Below, one piece after another: positions 18,087 to 31,840 of a DNA stretch of 32,000 bases. The stretch's first letter is position 1; every line of letters starts with the position of its first letter. The position numbers and the translations under genes were made by a program. The notes beneath the pieces were generated by a model that was given only the letters and a program-made list of their open reading frames with translations, searched no databases and was not told the origin of the DNA. Source of the stretch: Candidatus Arthromitus sp. SFB-rat-Yit (GTDB taxonomy: Bacteria > Bacillota > Clostridia > Clostridiales > Clostridiaceae); the NCBI RefSeq assembly GCF_000283555.1, contig NC_016012.1:120001-152000 (forward strand), written 5' to 3'.

Positions 18087-18742
18087 TAAATTTTAGTAAC
18101 ATAACAAAGTTTTATAAAAAGAGAAATTTAGAATATAGGGCTTTATATGATGTATCTTTTGATATAAATCCTGGAGATTACATCTTTATATGTGGAGATA
18201 GAGGATCTGGTAAAACTACGTTATTAAATATTTTGGGATGTGTTAGTGATTTTGATTATGGGAAGTATACATTTTATGGAATAGATATAGGAAGCAAAAA
18301 TGATAGAGAATTATCTAAACTTAGAAATGAAAGATTTTGTTTTATACCTGAGGGAGATAGTTTAATACCTGAACTTAATTTATTTGAAAATGTTAGTATA
18401 CCACTTTTATATTCAAAAATTTCGAGGGAAGAAAAGAGAAGTAGAGTACTTAAATATTTATCTATGCTATCTATAGATAAATATAAATATTTACATATTG
18501 ATTCCCTTTGTATGAGAGATAGGAAAATGATATGCATAGCAAGAGCCCTTGTTGGAGGTGGAGATATCATTATAGCAGATGAACTTTTTGAGTATTTAGA
18601 TGAAAGTGATTGTGAAATTATATTTAATATTTTATTTGGCTTAAATAAAAAAGGGGCTACTTTAATAATAAGCGGTAACAAACTCAATAAATACTCTTAT
18701 GGAAGTAGGATTATAAACTTGAGGGATGGAATGAAGGTATAA
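18083..18742 (+). CDS. MacB/LolD-like ABC transporter ATP-binding protein with atypical motifs
   Basis: Walker A GDRGSGKTT, Walker B IIIADE, ATGA overlap with the upstream adaptor gene. Signature, Q-loop and H-loop are degenerate. Confidence 0.85.
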   Translation: MINFSNITKFYKKRNLEYRALYDVSFDINPGDYIFICGDRGSGKTTLLNILGCVSDFDYGKYTFYGIDIGSKNDRELSKLRNERFCFIPEGDSLIPELNLFENVSIPLLYSKISREEKRSRVLKYLSMLSIDKYKYLHIDSLCMRDRKMICIARALVGGGDIIIADELFEYLDESDCEIIFNILFGLNKKGATLIISGNKLNKYSYGSRIINLRDGMKV

Positions 18743-18759
18743 AAATAGGAGAGATATAT

Positions 18760-19938
18760 GTGATTATTGATCATATTAATTTATCTTTAAAGTTAATTTT
18801 TAAAAATAAATTTAGAATGCTTACATCAATAATTGGAATAATTACAGGGTTTATTTTACTTATAATTTCTTTTTCATTGTTAAAAATTGGGGAGATTAAG
18901 TTAACATCTAGCACAGATAAGATAGGAAAAAATATTATTAAAATAAATGTAATAAATTCTGAAAAATGTTTTAAAAATTACTTTAATTTTGATGATATAA
19001 AGTTTTTGAAGGATTCAAATTTGTCTATAAATTCAATTTCTCCAGAGCTTTATTTTAAAGGGATTGTAAATAATGAATTCTGTGATTTATCATCTTATAT
19101 TATAGGTGGAACTGAAGATTATAAAGATTTTATGATGATGGATATGGTAAACGGAAGATTCTTTTCAGAACATGAGTGTTTAAATAAGGAAAATGTAATA
19201 ATAATCGACAATGTTACAAGTAATAATCTATTTGGAACAGAAGATTCTATAGATAAAGAAGTTTATATAGGGCAATGCCCATCTAAATTGTATAAATATA
19301 GAGTAATTGGAGTTATTAAACATCCATCCAATATATGGAAAGATAATGAAAATACATTATCTTTTTCAGTAGTGCCTATTTCAACATACATAAAAAATTT
19401 TAACCAAGATCCATTTTTTGAGTATTTATATATTTCTCTGAAGAGTAAACAAGATATGAATTTAATTGGGGAATCAATAATTAATTTTTTGAAGGTTAAA
19501 AATAACATTAGAAAAGATATATATAAACTTGAAAACTTTTTAAGGTTAGAAGATAAAATATATGAAGTAAATAATTTAATAACAAAAATAGTAAAGATAA
19601 CCGGATATATATTTATTTTCATAAGCGGAATTATAATAACAAATGTAATGATTTTTAATATTTATAGTAGAAAAAATGAAATAAGCATTAGGAAAATATG
19701 CGGTGCGAATAAATATGATATATTTATTCAATTTATACGAGAATCTTTTATATTGTCCTTAATAGGGGGGATATTTGGGGTTTTATTAGGAAGTATGGTA
19801 ACTATTTTTTTATCAAGTGTGATAAATGAAAATTTAAGTACTAATTTTATAAATTTGTTTAAAATTCTGATAATTTCTTTAGTTACAGGAGTTATATTTG
19901 CTATATTTCCAGCTATTAAGAGTTGTAATCCAAATTAA
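18760..19938 (+). CDS. MacB/FtsX-like ABC transporter permease
   Basis: N-terminal TM plus 'IIGIITGFILLIISFSLL', extracytoplasmic domain, C-terminal 3 TMs with 'RKNEISIRKICGANKYDIFIQFIRESFILSLIGGIFGVLLG'. Confidence 0.9.
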   Translation: MIIDHINLSLKLIFKNKFRMLTSIIGIITGFILLIISFSLLKIGEIKLTSSTDKIGKNIIKINVINSEKCFKNYFNFDDIKFLKDSNLSINSISPELYFKGIVNNEFCDLSSYIIGGTEDYKDFMMMDMVNGRFFSEHECLNKENVIIIDNVTSNNLFGTEDSIDKEVYIGQCPSKLYKYRVIGVIKHPSNIWKDNENTLSFSVVPISTYIKNFNQDPFFEYLYISLKSKQDMNLIGESIINFLKVKNNIRKDIYKLENFLRLEDKIYEVNNLITKIVKITGYIFIFISGIIITNVMIFNIYSRKNEISIRKICGANKYDIFIQFIRESFILSLIGGIFGVLLGSMVTIFLSSVINENLSTNFINLFKILIISLVTGVIFAIFPAIKSCNPN

Positions 19939-20014
19939 CAGATATTTTTAATAATGAATAAAAAACTATTAAATAGGTATAATAAGATATATTTATTTTA
20001 GGGGGAATGTTACT

Positions 20015-20446
20015 TTGTTATATAATGATGAATTTAATAATCATATTTCAACTGAAACAGGGAATTTAGATAATGCATATTTTGGGAATACTATAGGTGA
20101 TATCAATGCTTCTCAAGACAGCATCTCAAACATTGTGCAGTATTACAATAATCGTGAATCTTATCTAAAGAATTTAGCAAGTAATTTTTCAGGGAATAAT
20201 TCAGGTATAGAGAATCAAATAATTGATTTATTCAATAATGTTAGAAGTGTTTTAGAAAATAGAGATTTAAATCTTATGAAAAATTCTATAAATTCTATTT
20301 CTCAAGGAAGAGAGAATGCTATTAGATTTATAAATGATCAGAATAATTATTTAGATGAAAGCACAAAGCAAATTATGAATGTAATAATAGATGAGTATTC
20401 TAATCATTTAAATTATTTAAATAAGGCTATTGAATTTTTAGAATAA
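20015..20446 (+). CDS. Small helical hypothetical protein
   Basis: 143 aa, predominantly helical/coiled-coil composition, RBS GGGG upstream, co-oriented with the cluster. Confidence 0.6.
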   Translation: MLYNDEFNNHISTETGNLDNAYFGNTIGDINASQDSISNIVQYYNNRESYLKNLASNFSGNNSGIENQIIDLFNNVRSVLENRDLNLMKNSINSISQGRENAIRFINDQNNYLDESTKQIMNVIIDEYSNHLNYLNKAIEFLE

Positions 20447-20498
20447 TTAACTTAATAAATATTTTTACTACTGTTTAAGTTTTAAGAGGGAGATTATA

Positions 20499-21596
20499 GT
20501 GAACCATATAGTTAGTAGACGTAACAATACTTCGACTGTTTATATATTATTCATATCATATTTTATATTTTTATTAACTACACTTTTGGGAATAACACAA
20601 CATAGTGTTAGGGAGAATTTGAATTTTTTGCAAGATAAGTACAATGAAATTAATGATAAGTATAATTATTTAATAAATAATATGTCTGTGGGAAATATAG
20701 AGGAGAATAATAGGGAAGTTATTTATTTAGATGAAATGAGGAATGAGATACTTGATAGCGTAGGTAAGGAAGGAGAATTTTGGAAGGCTGAGCTAAAAAA
20801 TATAATATTACAAAAAGAGAAATTATTATCAGAGAATTTTATGAATAAAAAAGATGAACTTCATAATAAAAGTTACTTACATTTAAAAAATGAAATTGAT
20901 GAGTATAATTTGTATTATAGCTTAGGTAAGAAACCTTTAGATTATCTAGATGGATTCTTTATAAGATATTTTCTCTTTCTTTTTAATAGCTTAGGTCATC
21001 AAATATTCTTAACTTGTATAGTTTTAGGAGTATGCTATTTATATATAAGTGATGTAAAATACATAGGATTTTCAAAAACGATGTTCGTTAGTTGTATACC
21101 TATATTGTGTATACAAATATTTAGTCTAATTTGTTGCATAGCATTAGATGACAAAACAGATATATACTACCCAGTTAGAATTGTGCAGGATTTTAATATT
21201 TATAATTTCAATAACAATGTATCAGCTGTAAATGACATTATTCCTCTACACATTGCTATTTTTAGAGTTTTGTTATTGGAAGTATTATATATAGCCTTTA
21301 TTGTTAGTTTTATAAAAATAATTGATTTAATATTTACAAAGTATTATATGAAAATTATTGGAGCATTTATTTTTTTATTCAGTATGTTTGGTATGTTATA
21401 TACTAGATATTCAAGTATATCATTTCTATCCTACGGTAAATTTTTAAATATAGTTAGAGGGTACGAAGCTATTTATAATGAAAACATGTATTTGAGTATA
21501 AATTTCTTATTCATATTTGTATTCTTTATCTTAATAGTTTTAAGTTTTATATATTTCTTAAAAAAATATTTTTTAAATGACGAATACATAGTATAG
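20499..21596 (+). CDS. Multi-pass membrane protein with a large coiled-coil loop
   Basis: TM at residues about 13-33, coiled coil of about 100 aa (EKYNEINDKYNYL...KKDELHNK), then several TM helices. ABC-2-permease-like topology. Confidence 0.65.
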   Translation: MNHIVSRRNNTSTVYILFISYFIFLLTTLLGITQHSVRENLNFLQDKYNEINDKYNYLINNMSVGNIEENNREVIYLDEMRNEILDSVGKEGEFWKAELKNIILQKEKLLSENFMNKKDELHNKSYLHLKNEIDEYNLYYSLGKKPLDYLDGFFIRYFLFLFNSLGHQIFLTCIVLGVCYLYISDVKYIGFSKTMFVSCIPILCIQIFSLICCIALDDKTDIYYPVRIVQDFNIYNFNNNVSAVNDIIPLHIAIFRVLLLEVLYIAFIVSFIKIIDLIFTKYYMKIIGAFIFLFSMFGMLYTRYSSISFLSYGKFLNIVRGYEAIYNENMYLSINFLFIFVFFILIVLSFIYFLKKYFLNDEYIV

Positions 21597-21605
21597 AAAA
21601 TCAAA

Positions 21606-22028
21606 TTAACTGGTGTATATGAAATTTATATTGCAGTCTTTTACCCATCCAGTTAGCTTATTTTTATCTTGATTGATTATTAAAATTTCATACCATAATA
21701 CATCCATTATGTATATTTTTGAAATTATATTTAATCTGGAATTTTTAGATAAGTCCAATATTTTTGGAGAAAAATCAAATGGTGCCAGTCTTATTGGTGT
21801 AATATTTTTAATATATACATTTTTTATATTTAATGGTATTGGTTTAAGTTCAAGGTTTTTAATATGATTCATATTGTCGTAAATATTTTTTGAATCATTG
21901 ATTTTTTTTAGTAATAAATGATTTTGTTTAGTTAAATATAAAATTTTTATTTTTTGTTTTTCGATTTTATTAAAAAGATATAAAATCATTACAGATATTG
22001 ATATAATTAAGATAATAAATATTTTCAT
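21606..22028 (-). CDS. Membrane-anchored protein with possible SH3-like C-terminal domain
   Basis: Start at 22028 has a GAGGT RBS (complement of 22036-22040). TM MKIFIILIISISVMILYLF; C-terminal WYEILIINQDKNKLTGWV resembles bacterial SH3. Confidence 0.6.
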   Translation of the reverse strand: MKIFIILIISISVMILYLFNKIEKQKIKILYLTKQNHLLLKKINDSKNIYDNMNHIKNLELKPIPLNIKNVYIKNITPIRLAPFDFSPKILDLSKNSRLNIISKIYIMDVLWYEILIINQDKNKLTGWVKDCNINFIYTS

Positions 22029-22105
22029 ATTCTGAACCTCGAGATTAATTTTTATATAAATATATTGAATTAAAAATAGAAATATGAAAAAAAATAAAAA
22101 AAGTA

Positions 22106-22135
22106 TTGACATAGGGGAGGTAAGTTTGGTACTAT
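22106..22135 (+). promoter_or_regulatory. rRNA operon promoter
   Basis: TTGACA (22106-22111), 18-nt spacer, TACTAT (22130-22135), about 105 nt upstream of the 16S 5' end. Confidence 0.7.
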
Positions 22136-22239
22136 GAGTTAGTTGGCTGGTAGAAGCCGAGAGATATTAGATAGATCATTGACAATTGAATAGGGAAGAG
22201 GAAACGAGAAAGTCAACGTTAATTTTGAGAGAATGAGAG

Positions 22240-23765
<1,526 letters not shown>

Positions 23766-23942
23766 AATGAAAGAGAGAACTTTTTCCTATTCAATTGTGA
23801 GTGACCTAATAATATAGAGGTTACTTAATAAAAGAAATAAAGATCTTTGAAAATTGTATATAAATAGTAAATAATGCGAAAGGTAGCAAGTTAAATTATT
23901 AGCAATAGTAATTTAAGAGCTGGAAAAAATATATAACAAATA

Positions 23943-26836
<2,894 letters not shown>

Positions 26837-26893
26837 ATACTTAGCAAGTTATTATTTATATACAATTTTGAGAGATTAAAATATTTCTCAGTA

Positions 26894-27009
26894 TCTGGTG
26901 ATTATAACGTGTAGGTAACACCCCTATCCATACCGAACAGGAAGGTTAAGCTACACTGTGCTGATGGTACTTTAGGGTTACCCCTATGGAAGAGTAAGTC
27001 ATTGCCAGT
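26894..27009 (+). rRNA. rrf: 5S ribosomal RNA
   Basis: TCTGGTGATTATAACG...ACACCCCTATCCATACCGAACAGGAAGGTTAAG...CATTGCCAG. Confidence 0.93.
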
Positions 27010-27016
27010 TTGTTTC

Positions 27017-27047
27017 AGAAGTAAGAGCATCGCTCTTACTTCTTTTT
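27017..27047 (+). terminator. rRNA operon terminator
   Basis: AGAAGTAAGAGC-ATC-GCTCTTACTTCT + TTTTG, 12-bp perfect stem. Confidence 0.95.
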
Positions 27048-27078
27048 GTTTACTTACTATATATTATTTGGAGGAATT

Positions 27079-27984
27079 ATGTTAAATTATAATTTAAATC
27101 ATAATAATATGGATTTTAATTCAAATAATATTGGAACTGATGAGAGTAAATTTAAACCTAGGTTTTATGTTGTATTCATTATAGTACTGAGTATATATTA
27201 TTTTTTTTCTCCAATATTGTCACAGATTATTAGTAATTTTCTAAAAAGTAAGTTTAATTTTAATGAATTAAATTTATTATATGAATTATTTTATAAATTG
27301 TTTTTACCTAATTTTTCTATTTTATTAATATTAATTATTTATATATTGGTGATTGAAGAGAGAAAATTAAATTTTCTATTTGTAGGAATTAAGGAAAATT
27401 TTTTATTTTCTAATATAAAGGGTTTGATACTATCAATAATTTTTTTATTTTTGTTGGTATCTGTATTTATTATAAAAGATAAGGTTTTATTTTTAAAATT
27501 TAATACTGAAATTAGTTTTATAAATCTTTTACAGCTTTTAGTAGTATTTATATTTGTTTATATACAAACATTTTTTTTAGAGATTTTATATAAATCTTGG
27601 CTTATTAATATACTTAATTTTAGATATAATATTTATTTATCTTTATTTTTGGCTTCTTTACTTTATACTTTTATATATTTTATAAATTATCAAAGAGTAG
27701 GAATATATTTGATTTATATTTTTGTTTTTAATATATTTTTATCAATTATATTTTTGATGTACAAAAATATAATTATCACAGTTTCATTGCATGCAACCTA
27801 TAAATTTTTCAAGCAGTATGTACTATCAATAGAAGATAAACCAATAAAATTAAATTCTATTTTTTATACAGGGATGGATTCAAATAATTTCATTTATAAT
27901 ATTGAAAATAGCAAATATTCTTTAATTATAATTATTATTTTAACAATTATCGTATTTATATTGTATAATTCTAAGAAAAAATAA
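27079..27984 (+). CDS. CPBP-type/CAAX-protease-like multi-TM membrane protein
   Basis: Start at 27079 directly after RBS GGAGG (27070-27074). The track start at 27046 lies in the terminator. Several TM helices and FLEILYKSWLINIL/HATYKF motifs suggest a divergent CPBP family member. Confidence 0.65.
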   Translation: MLNYNLNHNNMDFNSNNIGTDESKFKPRFYVVFIIVLSIYYFFSPILSQIISNFLKSKFNFNELNLLYELFYKLFLPNFSILLILIIYILVIEERKLNFLFVGIKENFLFSNIKGLILSIIFLFLLVSVFIIKDKVLFLKFNTEISFINLLQLLVVFIFVYIQTFFLEILYKSWLINILNFRYNIYLSLFLASLLYTFIYFINYQRVGIYLIYIFVFNIFLSIIFLMYKNIIITVSLHATYKFFKQYVLSIEDKPIKLNSIFYTGMDSNNFIYNIENSKYSLIIIIILTIIVFILYNSKKK

Positions 27985-28037
27985 TTAATATTTGTAGAAA
28001 TTTTAAATTTTTTAGTTTTTAATTATATTTTGAATAG

Positions 28038-28066
28038 TTGAATTTTGTAGTAATATATGGTATAAA
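28038..28066 (+). promoter_or_regulatory. Sigma-A-like promoter
   Basis: TTGAAT (28038-28043), 17-nt spacer, TATAAA (28061-28066). Confidence 0.65.
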
Positions 28067-28070
28067 TAAA

Positions 28071-28180
28071 GTGTGCTCTATAAAAATTATAGAGCATAAG
28101 ATGTGTTGAATTCATAATCCCAAAGGATAGATACATCTGAAAATTCCCCTCTCTACCACATTTTTGTGGTAGAGCCCCCA
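28071..28180 (+). ncRNA. Candidate structured small RNA or 5' leader element
   Basis: Starts right after the promoter. Three consecutive hairpins: TGCTCTATAA/TTATAGAGCA, AGATGTGT/ATACATCT, and CTCTACCACA-TTTT-TGTGGTAGAG, the last flanked by CCCC and CCCCC. Confidence 0.55.
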
Positions 28181-28239
28181 ATTTGTATTAATTTTATATA
28201 TGATTTTTGACTTTTATATTTTAAAAAAGGTGATTAGTT

Positions 28240-29532
28240 ATGAAGCAATATCTCTTAGTTGTTTTCGTTAATTCTTTAATAAGTAGAGATTATGATATGC
28301 TGAAAGAATTTGAAAATTTTAATTATATTATTTCCAAAGGTTCAGTTGTTAGAAAGGTTAAAAATCAGTATCCTAATTTTAAAAATCCAGTTAATACAAC
28401 AATTCTTACTGGAGAATTTCCCGAAAAACATGGAATTTATTTTAATAATTATAATGTTAAAGTTAGGAAATATAGGCATAAAGAGTATGAAGATATTCAA
28501 TCTCCAAATATATTAGATTTATTTAAGAGTGAAGGTAATAATGTTAGTTTGATTTCTTGGCCTAATATGGGTTATAGTAATTTTAAATATAATTTTTCTG
28601 ATATTAATAATAGTGTAAATATAAAGGATTTATTTAGGGGAATTGTAAAAGGTTCTTCTTTTTATATGCTTAAAAATATATTTAAATATTCGAGTGTATT
28701 GAGAGTTGGGATACAACCAGATTCTGATAATTTTTCTTCCATTTTAGCGATGGAGATTTTAGAAAGTAAAAAATCTAATGTTATATTTATGAATCTTGAT
28801 CATCTGGACTATGTAAGACAGAGATATGGAATGAATTGTGAAAAAAATTCACTAGATGCATTAAGGAATATTGATCGTAAGCTAGGGGATTTACTCGTAT
28901 GGTGTGATAATAAAAATATATTAAATAATTTAACGATATCATTAGTATCAGGAGGAGGTCCATGTGAATGTAAATATATAATAAATATTAATTATATATT
29001 TCTTAAGAATGGATTAATAAGTGTTAATAAAAGAGGAAGAATTAATAATTACATAGCTTATGCACATTGTGAAGGTGGAAGTGCATTTATATATTTAAAA
29101 CAACCAAATAATATAAATGATTACGGTAAAGTTAAAGTGTTTTTAGATGATATAATGAAAAAATATAGTAATTATATTAAAGCTGTTTATGAAGTATCTG
29201 AGTATGAAAGGTTTGATTTAGATGAATTTTCCTTCAGAATACAAGGAAATATTTTCTGTATTTTTAGTGAGGAACTAAATAAAAGTGAATTTATAGATGA
29301 TATGACACAATCTCTATATATTAGTGATAGGATTAATAAATCATTTTATGGATATTCTAATGACTATGAGAATTCTCAAGGGATATTTATTAACCATGGT
29401 TATAGAATTAAAAAAGGTGTTGAATTAAATGAATGTAGTTTAGTGGATATTGCACCTACTATAGCTTCATTCATGAAACTTGATTTTAGAAGTAGTGGTA
29501 GGATAATTAAAGATATTCTGGAGGAGCATTGA
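28240..29532 (+). CDS. Alkaline-phosphatase-superfamily phosphodiesterase/nucleotide pyrophosphatase-like protein
   Basis: YPNFKNPVNTTILTGEFPEKHGIYFNN; MNLDHLDYVRQRYG; NHGYRIKKG...VDIAPTIASFM. Confidence 0.85.
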   Translation: MKQYLLVVFVNSLISRDYDMLKEFENFNYIISKGSVVRKVKNQYPNFKNPVNTTILTGEFPEKHGIYFNNYNVKVRKYRHKEYEDIQSPNILDLFKSEGNNVSLISWPNMGYSNFKYNFSDINNSVNIKDLFRGIVKGSSFYMLKNIFKYSSVLRVGIQPDSDNFSSILAMEILESKKSNVIFMNLDHLDYVRQRYGMNCEKNSLDALRNIDRKLGDLLVWCDNKNILNNLTISLVSGGGPCECKYIININYIFLKNGLISVNKRGRINNYIAYAHCEGGSAFIYLKQPNNINDYGKVKVFLDDIMKKYSNYIKAVYEVSEYERFDLDEFSFRIQGNIFCIFSEELNKSEFIDDMTQSLYISDRINKSFYGYSNDYENSQGIFINHGYRIKKGVELNECSLVDIAPTIASFMKLDFRSSGRIIKDILEEH

Positions 29533-29533
29533 T

Positions 29534-30430
29534 TTGGAATTAATACATTTTTTACAGAGTTTTTCCTCTGATATATTAAATTTTATTATGCTGATTATAA
29601 CATCATTAGGAAGTTTTTATATCCCAGTATTTGTTATATGTATTATTTATTGGTGTTATAATAAGGATATAGGATTTAAGCTTGCTATTATTATGTCATG
29701 TTCAGGAGTTTTGAATAATATTGTTAAAAACTTAGTGCAGTCGCCTCGTCCTATTGGAGTTGATGGTATAGAGTCGGTTGGAGAGTTTTCAGCTACAGGT
29801 TATTCTTTTCCAAGTGGGCATACACAAAATATAACGGTTTTTGGTACAAGTTTATCTATATTTACAAGAAGCAAGATGGTATTTTTTATAAGTATTATTG
29901 TTATATTTTTAGTTGGATTATCGAGAATATATTTGGGTCTTCATTGGCCTATAGATGTTTTAGGTGGAATTATATTAGCTATTATAGTTTCTATAATTTT
30001 AAATGAAGTGTTAATAAAACTTGATATATTTAAGACTAATATATTTATAGGAAGTTTGGTTTTAATATTATTTTTAGGGATATTCCTTGTTGGTAATAAT
30101 GTTATAGGAGTTGATTATTATAAAACTATGGGAATATTTATAGGAGTTTTTTTGGGGCATTTATTTGAATATAGATATGTGAATTTTTCTCCTGAAGCAA
30201 GTAATGTAGATAATGTAATGAAGATTATAATAGGTGCATCTACAACAATACTATTATTTGTAGTTCTTAATTACATATTTAAAATGTTTTATTTACCATT
30301 ATTTTTTTATGTTATAAAGTATCTAATATTAGGATTTTGGATGTTTGGAGCTATTCCTCTTATTTTCAAATTAAGTAATCTTTATTATAAGGAAGCTTAT
30401 GAAATAACAAATACTAAATATAGAAAATAA
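29534..30430 (+). CDS. PAP2-family membrane phosphatase
   Basis: KNLVQSPRP, YSFPSGHTQN, SRIYLGLHWPIDVLGG are the three canonical PAP2 motifs. Starts 2 nt after the upstream stop codon. Confidence 0.92.
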   Translation: MELIHFLQSFSSDILNFIMLIITSLGSFYIPVFVICIIYWCYNKDIGFKLAIIMSCSGVLNNIVKNLVQSPRPIGVDGIESVGEFSATGYSFPSGHTQNITVFGTSLSIFTRSKMVFFISIIVIFLVGLSRIYLGLHWPIDVLGGIILAIIVSIILNEVLIKLDIFKTNIFIGSLVLILFLGIFLVGNNVIGVDYYKTMGIFIGVFLGHLFEYRYVNFSPEASNVDNVMKIIIGASTTILLFVVLNYIFKMFYLPLFFYVIKYLILGFWMFGAIPLIFKLSNLYYKEAYEITNTKYRK

Positions 30431-30462
30431 AAACAGCTTAGAAATTTGTTCTAAGCTGTTTT

Positions 30463-31179
30463 TTATAATACCTTACTTAAAAATTCTTTAGCACGATCGC
30501 TTTTTGTATTATTGAAAAATTCGTTTGGTGAATTTTCTTCGATTATTTTTCCATCATCCATGAAAACTATTTTATTTGATACCTCTTTTGCAAAGTTTAT
30601 TTCATGGGTAACTATAACCATAGTCATACCTTCATTAGCAAGTTCACGCATGACGTAAAGAACTTCTTTAACCATTTCTGGATCTAATGCAGAAGTAGGT
30701 TCATCAAATAATAATACATTTGGTTTATTTGCAAGAGATCTTGCTATTGCAATTCTTTGTTTTTGCCCACCAGATAATTTTGATGGATAAATATCTTTTT
30801 TGTCGACTAATCCTACTTTTTCAAGTAAATTTATTGCTAGTTTATTGGCTTCTTCTCTAGGTATATTTTTAACCTTAATAGGTCCTAAGGTTATATTTTC
30901 AAGCACAGTCATATGTGGAAATAAGTTAAAGTGTTGAAAAACCATTCCCATATTTTCTCTAATTTTATTTATATTAGTTTTTTGTATATTAGTATTTTGA
31001 AAAATAATTTCTCCACTAGTGGGTATTTCTAGTAAATTCATACATCTTAGTAAAGTGCTCTTTCCAGAACCGCTTGGACCAATAATAGATATGACATCAC
31101 CTTTTTTTATGTTGTATGAAATATCTTTAAGTACATGATGTTTGCCAAAATATTTATTTAAATTTTTAATTTGAATCAT
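30463..31179 (-). CDS. Polar amino-acid ABC transporter ATP-binding protein (GlnQ/HisP type)
   Basis: [59 protein letters not shown]. Confidence 0.95.
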   Translation of the reverse strand: MIQIKNLNKYFGKHHVLKDISYNIKKGDVISIIGPSGSGKSTLLRCMNLLEIPTSGEIIFQNTNIQKTNINKIRENMGMVFQHFNLFPHMTVLENITLGPIKVKNIPREEANKLAINLLEKVGLVDKKDIYPSKLSGGQKQRIAIARSLANKPNVLLFDEPTSALDPEMVKEVLYVMRELANEGMTMVIVTHEINFAKEVSNKIVFMDDGKIIEENSPNEFFNNTKSDRAKEFLSKVL

Positions 31180-31816
31180 TATCTCTATTTAATTTCCTTT
31201 CAAAATAATGTATAAATTTTGATAAAGTAAATGTTATTACTAAATATATTAGTGCAGCAACTAATAGAGGTTCTAAAGTTAAATAAGTTAAACTCCTTAT
31301 TTGGTTTGCTTTGTACATTAAATCTGCAAGACCTATATAAGAAACAATTGCTGACTCCTTTATAAGTACTACAAATTCATTTGCAAGTGCTGGTAGTATA
31401 TTTTTAATAGCTTGGGGAATTATAATAAGTTTCATTGCAGTAAATTGATTCATTCCGAGGCTTTTAGCAGCTTCCATTTGCCCTTTATTTATAGATACTA
31501 TACCAGCTCTCATTATTTCAGCTATATAGGCAGCACTATTTAATGAAAGTGCAATAGAGGCTGATGTAAGTTCTGTCATATTAATTTTTAAACCATAATG
31601 TATAATAATTAATTGAACAATTAGTGGGGTTCCACGAATAATTTCAATATATATAGATCCTATTGTTCGTAATATTTTATATTTTGAAATTTTTAGTATA
31701 CATAGTATAAGACCAATTATACTTCCGAATATTATTGTAATTAAAGCTAAAAGTAAAGTTATTTTAACTCCGTCTAAAAAGAATGGATAATATTTTATTA
31801 AAAAATTGAAATTCAA
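31166..31816 (-). CDS. Polar amino-acid ABC transporter permease (HisM/GlnP type)
   Basis: [53 protein letters not shown]. Confidence 0.95.
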   Translation of the reverse strand: MNFNFLIKYYPFFLDGVKITLLLALITIIFGSIIGLILCILKISKYKILRTIGSIYIEIIRGTPLIVQLIIIHYGLKINMTELTSASIALSLNSAAYIAEIMRAGIVSINKGQMEAAKSLGMNQFTAMKLIIIPQAIKNILPALANEFVVLIKESAIVSYIGLADLMYKANQIRSLTYLTLEPLLVAALIYLVITFTLSKFIHYFERKLNRDNDSN

Positions 31817-31840
31817 AAATTGTTACCTCCATTTTATATT

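Noticed and set aside
16842-19622. Minus-strand ORFs at 16842-17042, 18274-18687 and 19263-19622
   Set aside because: Antisense to the adaptor, ATPase and permease genes, which carry recognised domains.
28151-28180. Strong hairpin CTCTACCACA-TTTT-TGTGGTAGAG as an intrinsic terminator
   Set aside because: It is followed by CCCCCAATTTG and not a U-tract, so a standard intrinsic terminator is not supported. It was kept as part of the candidate RNA element.
28310-28516. Plus-strand 68-aa ORF
   Set aside because: Out-of-frame ORF wholly inside the phosphodiesterase gene; low-complexity Ile/Leu/Lys translation.
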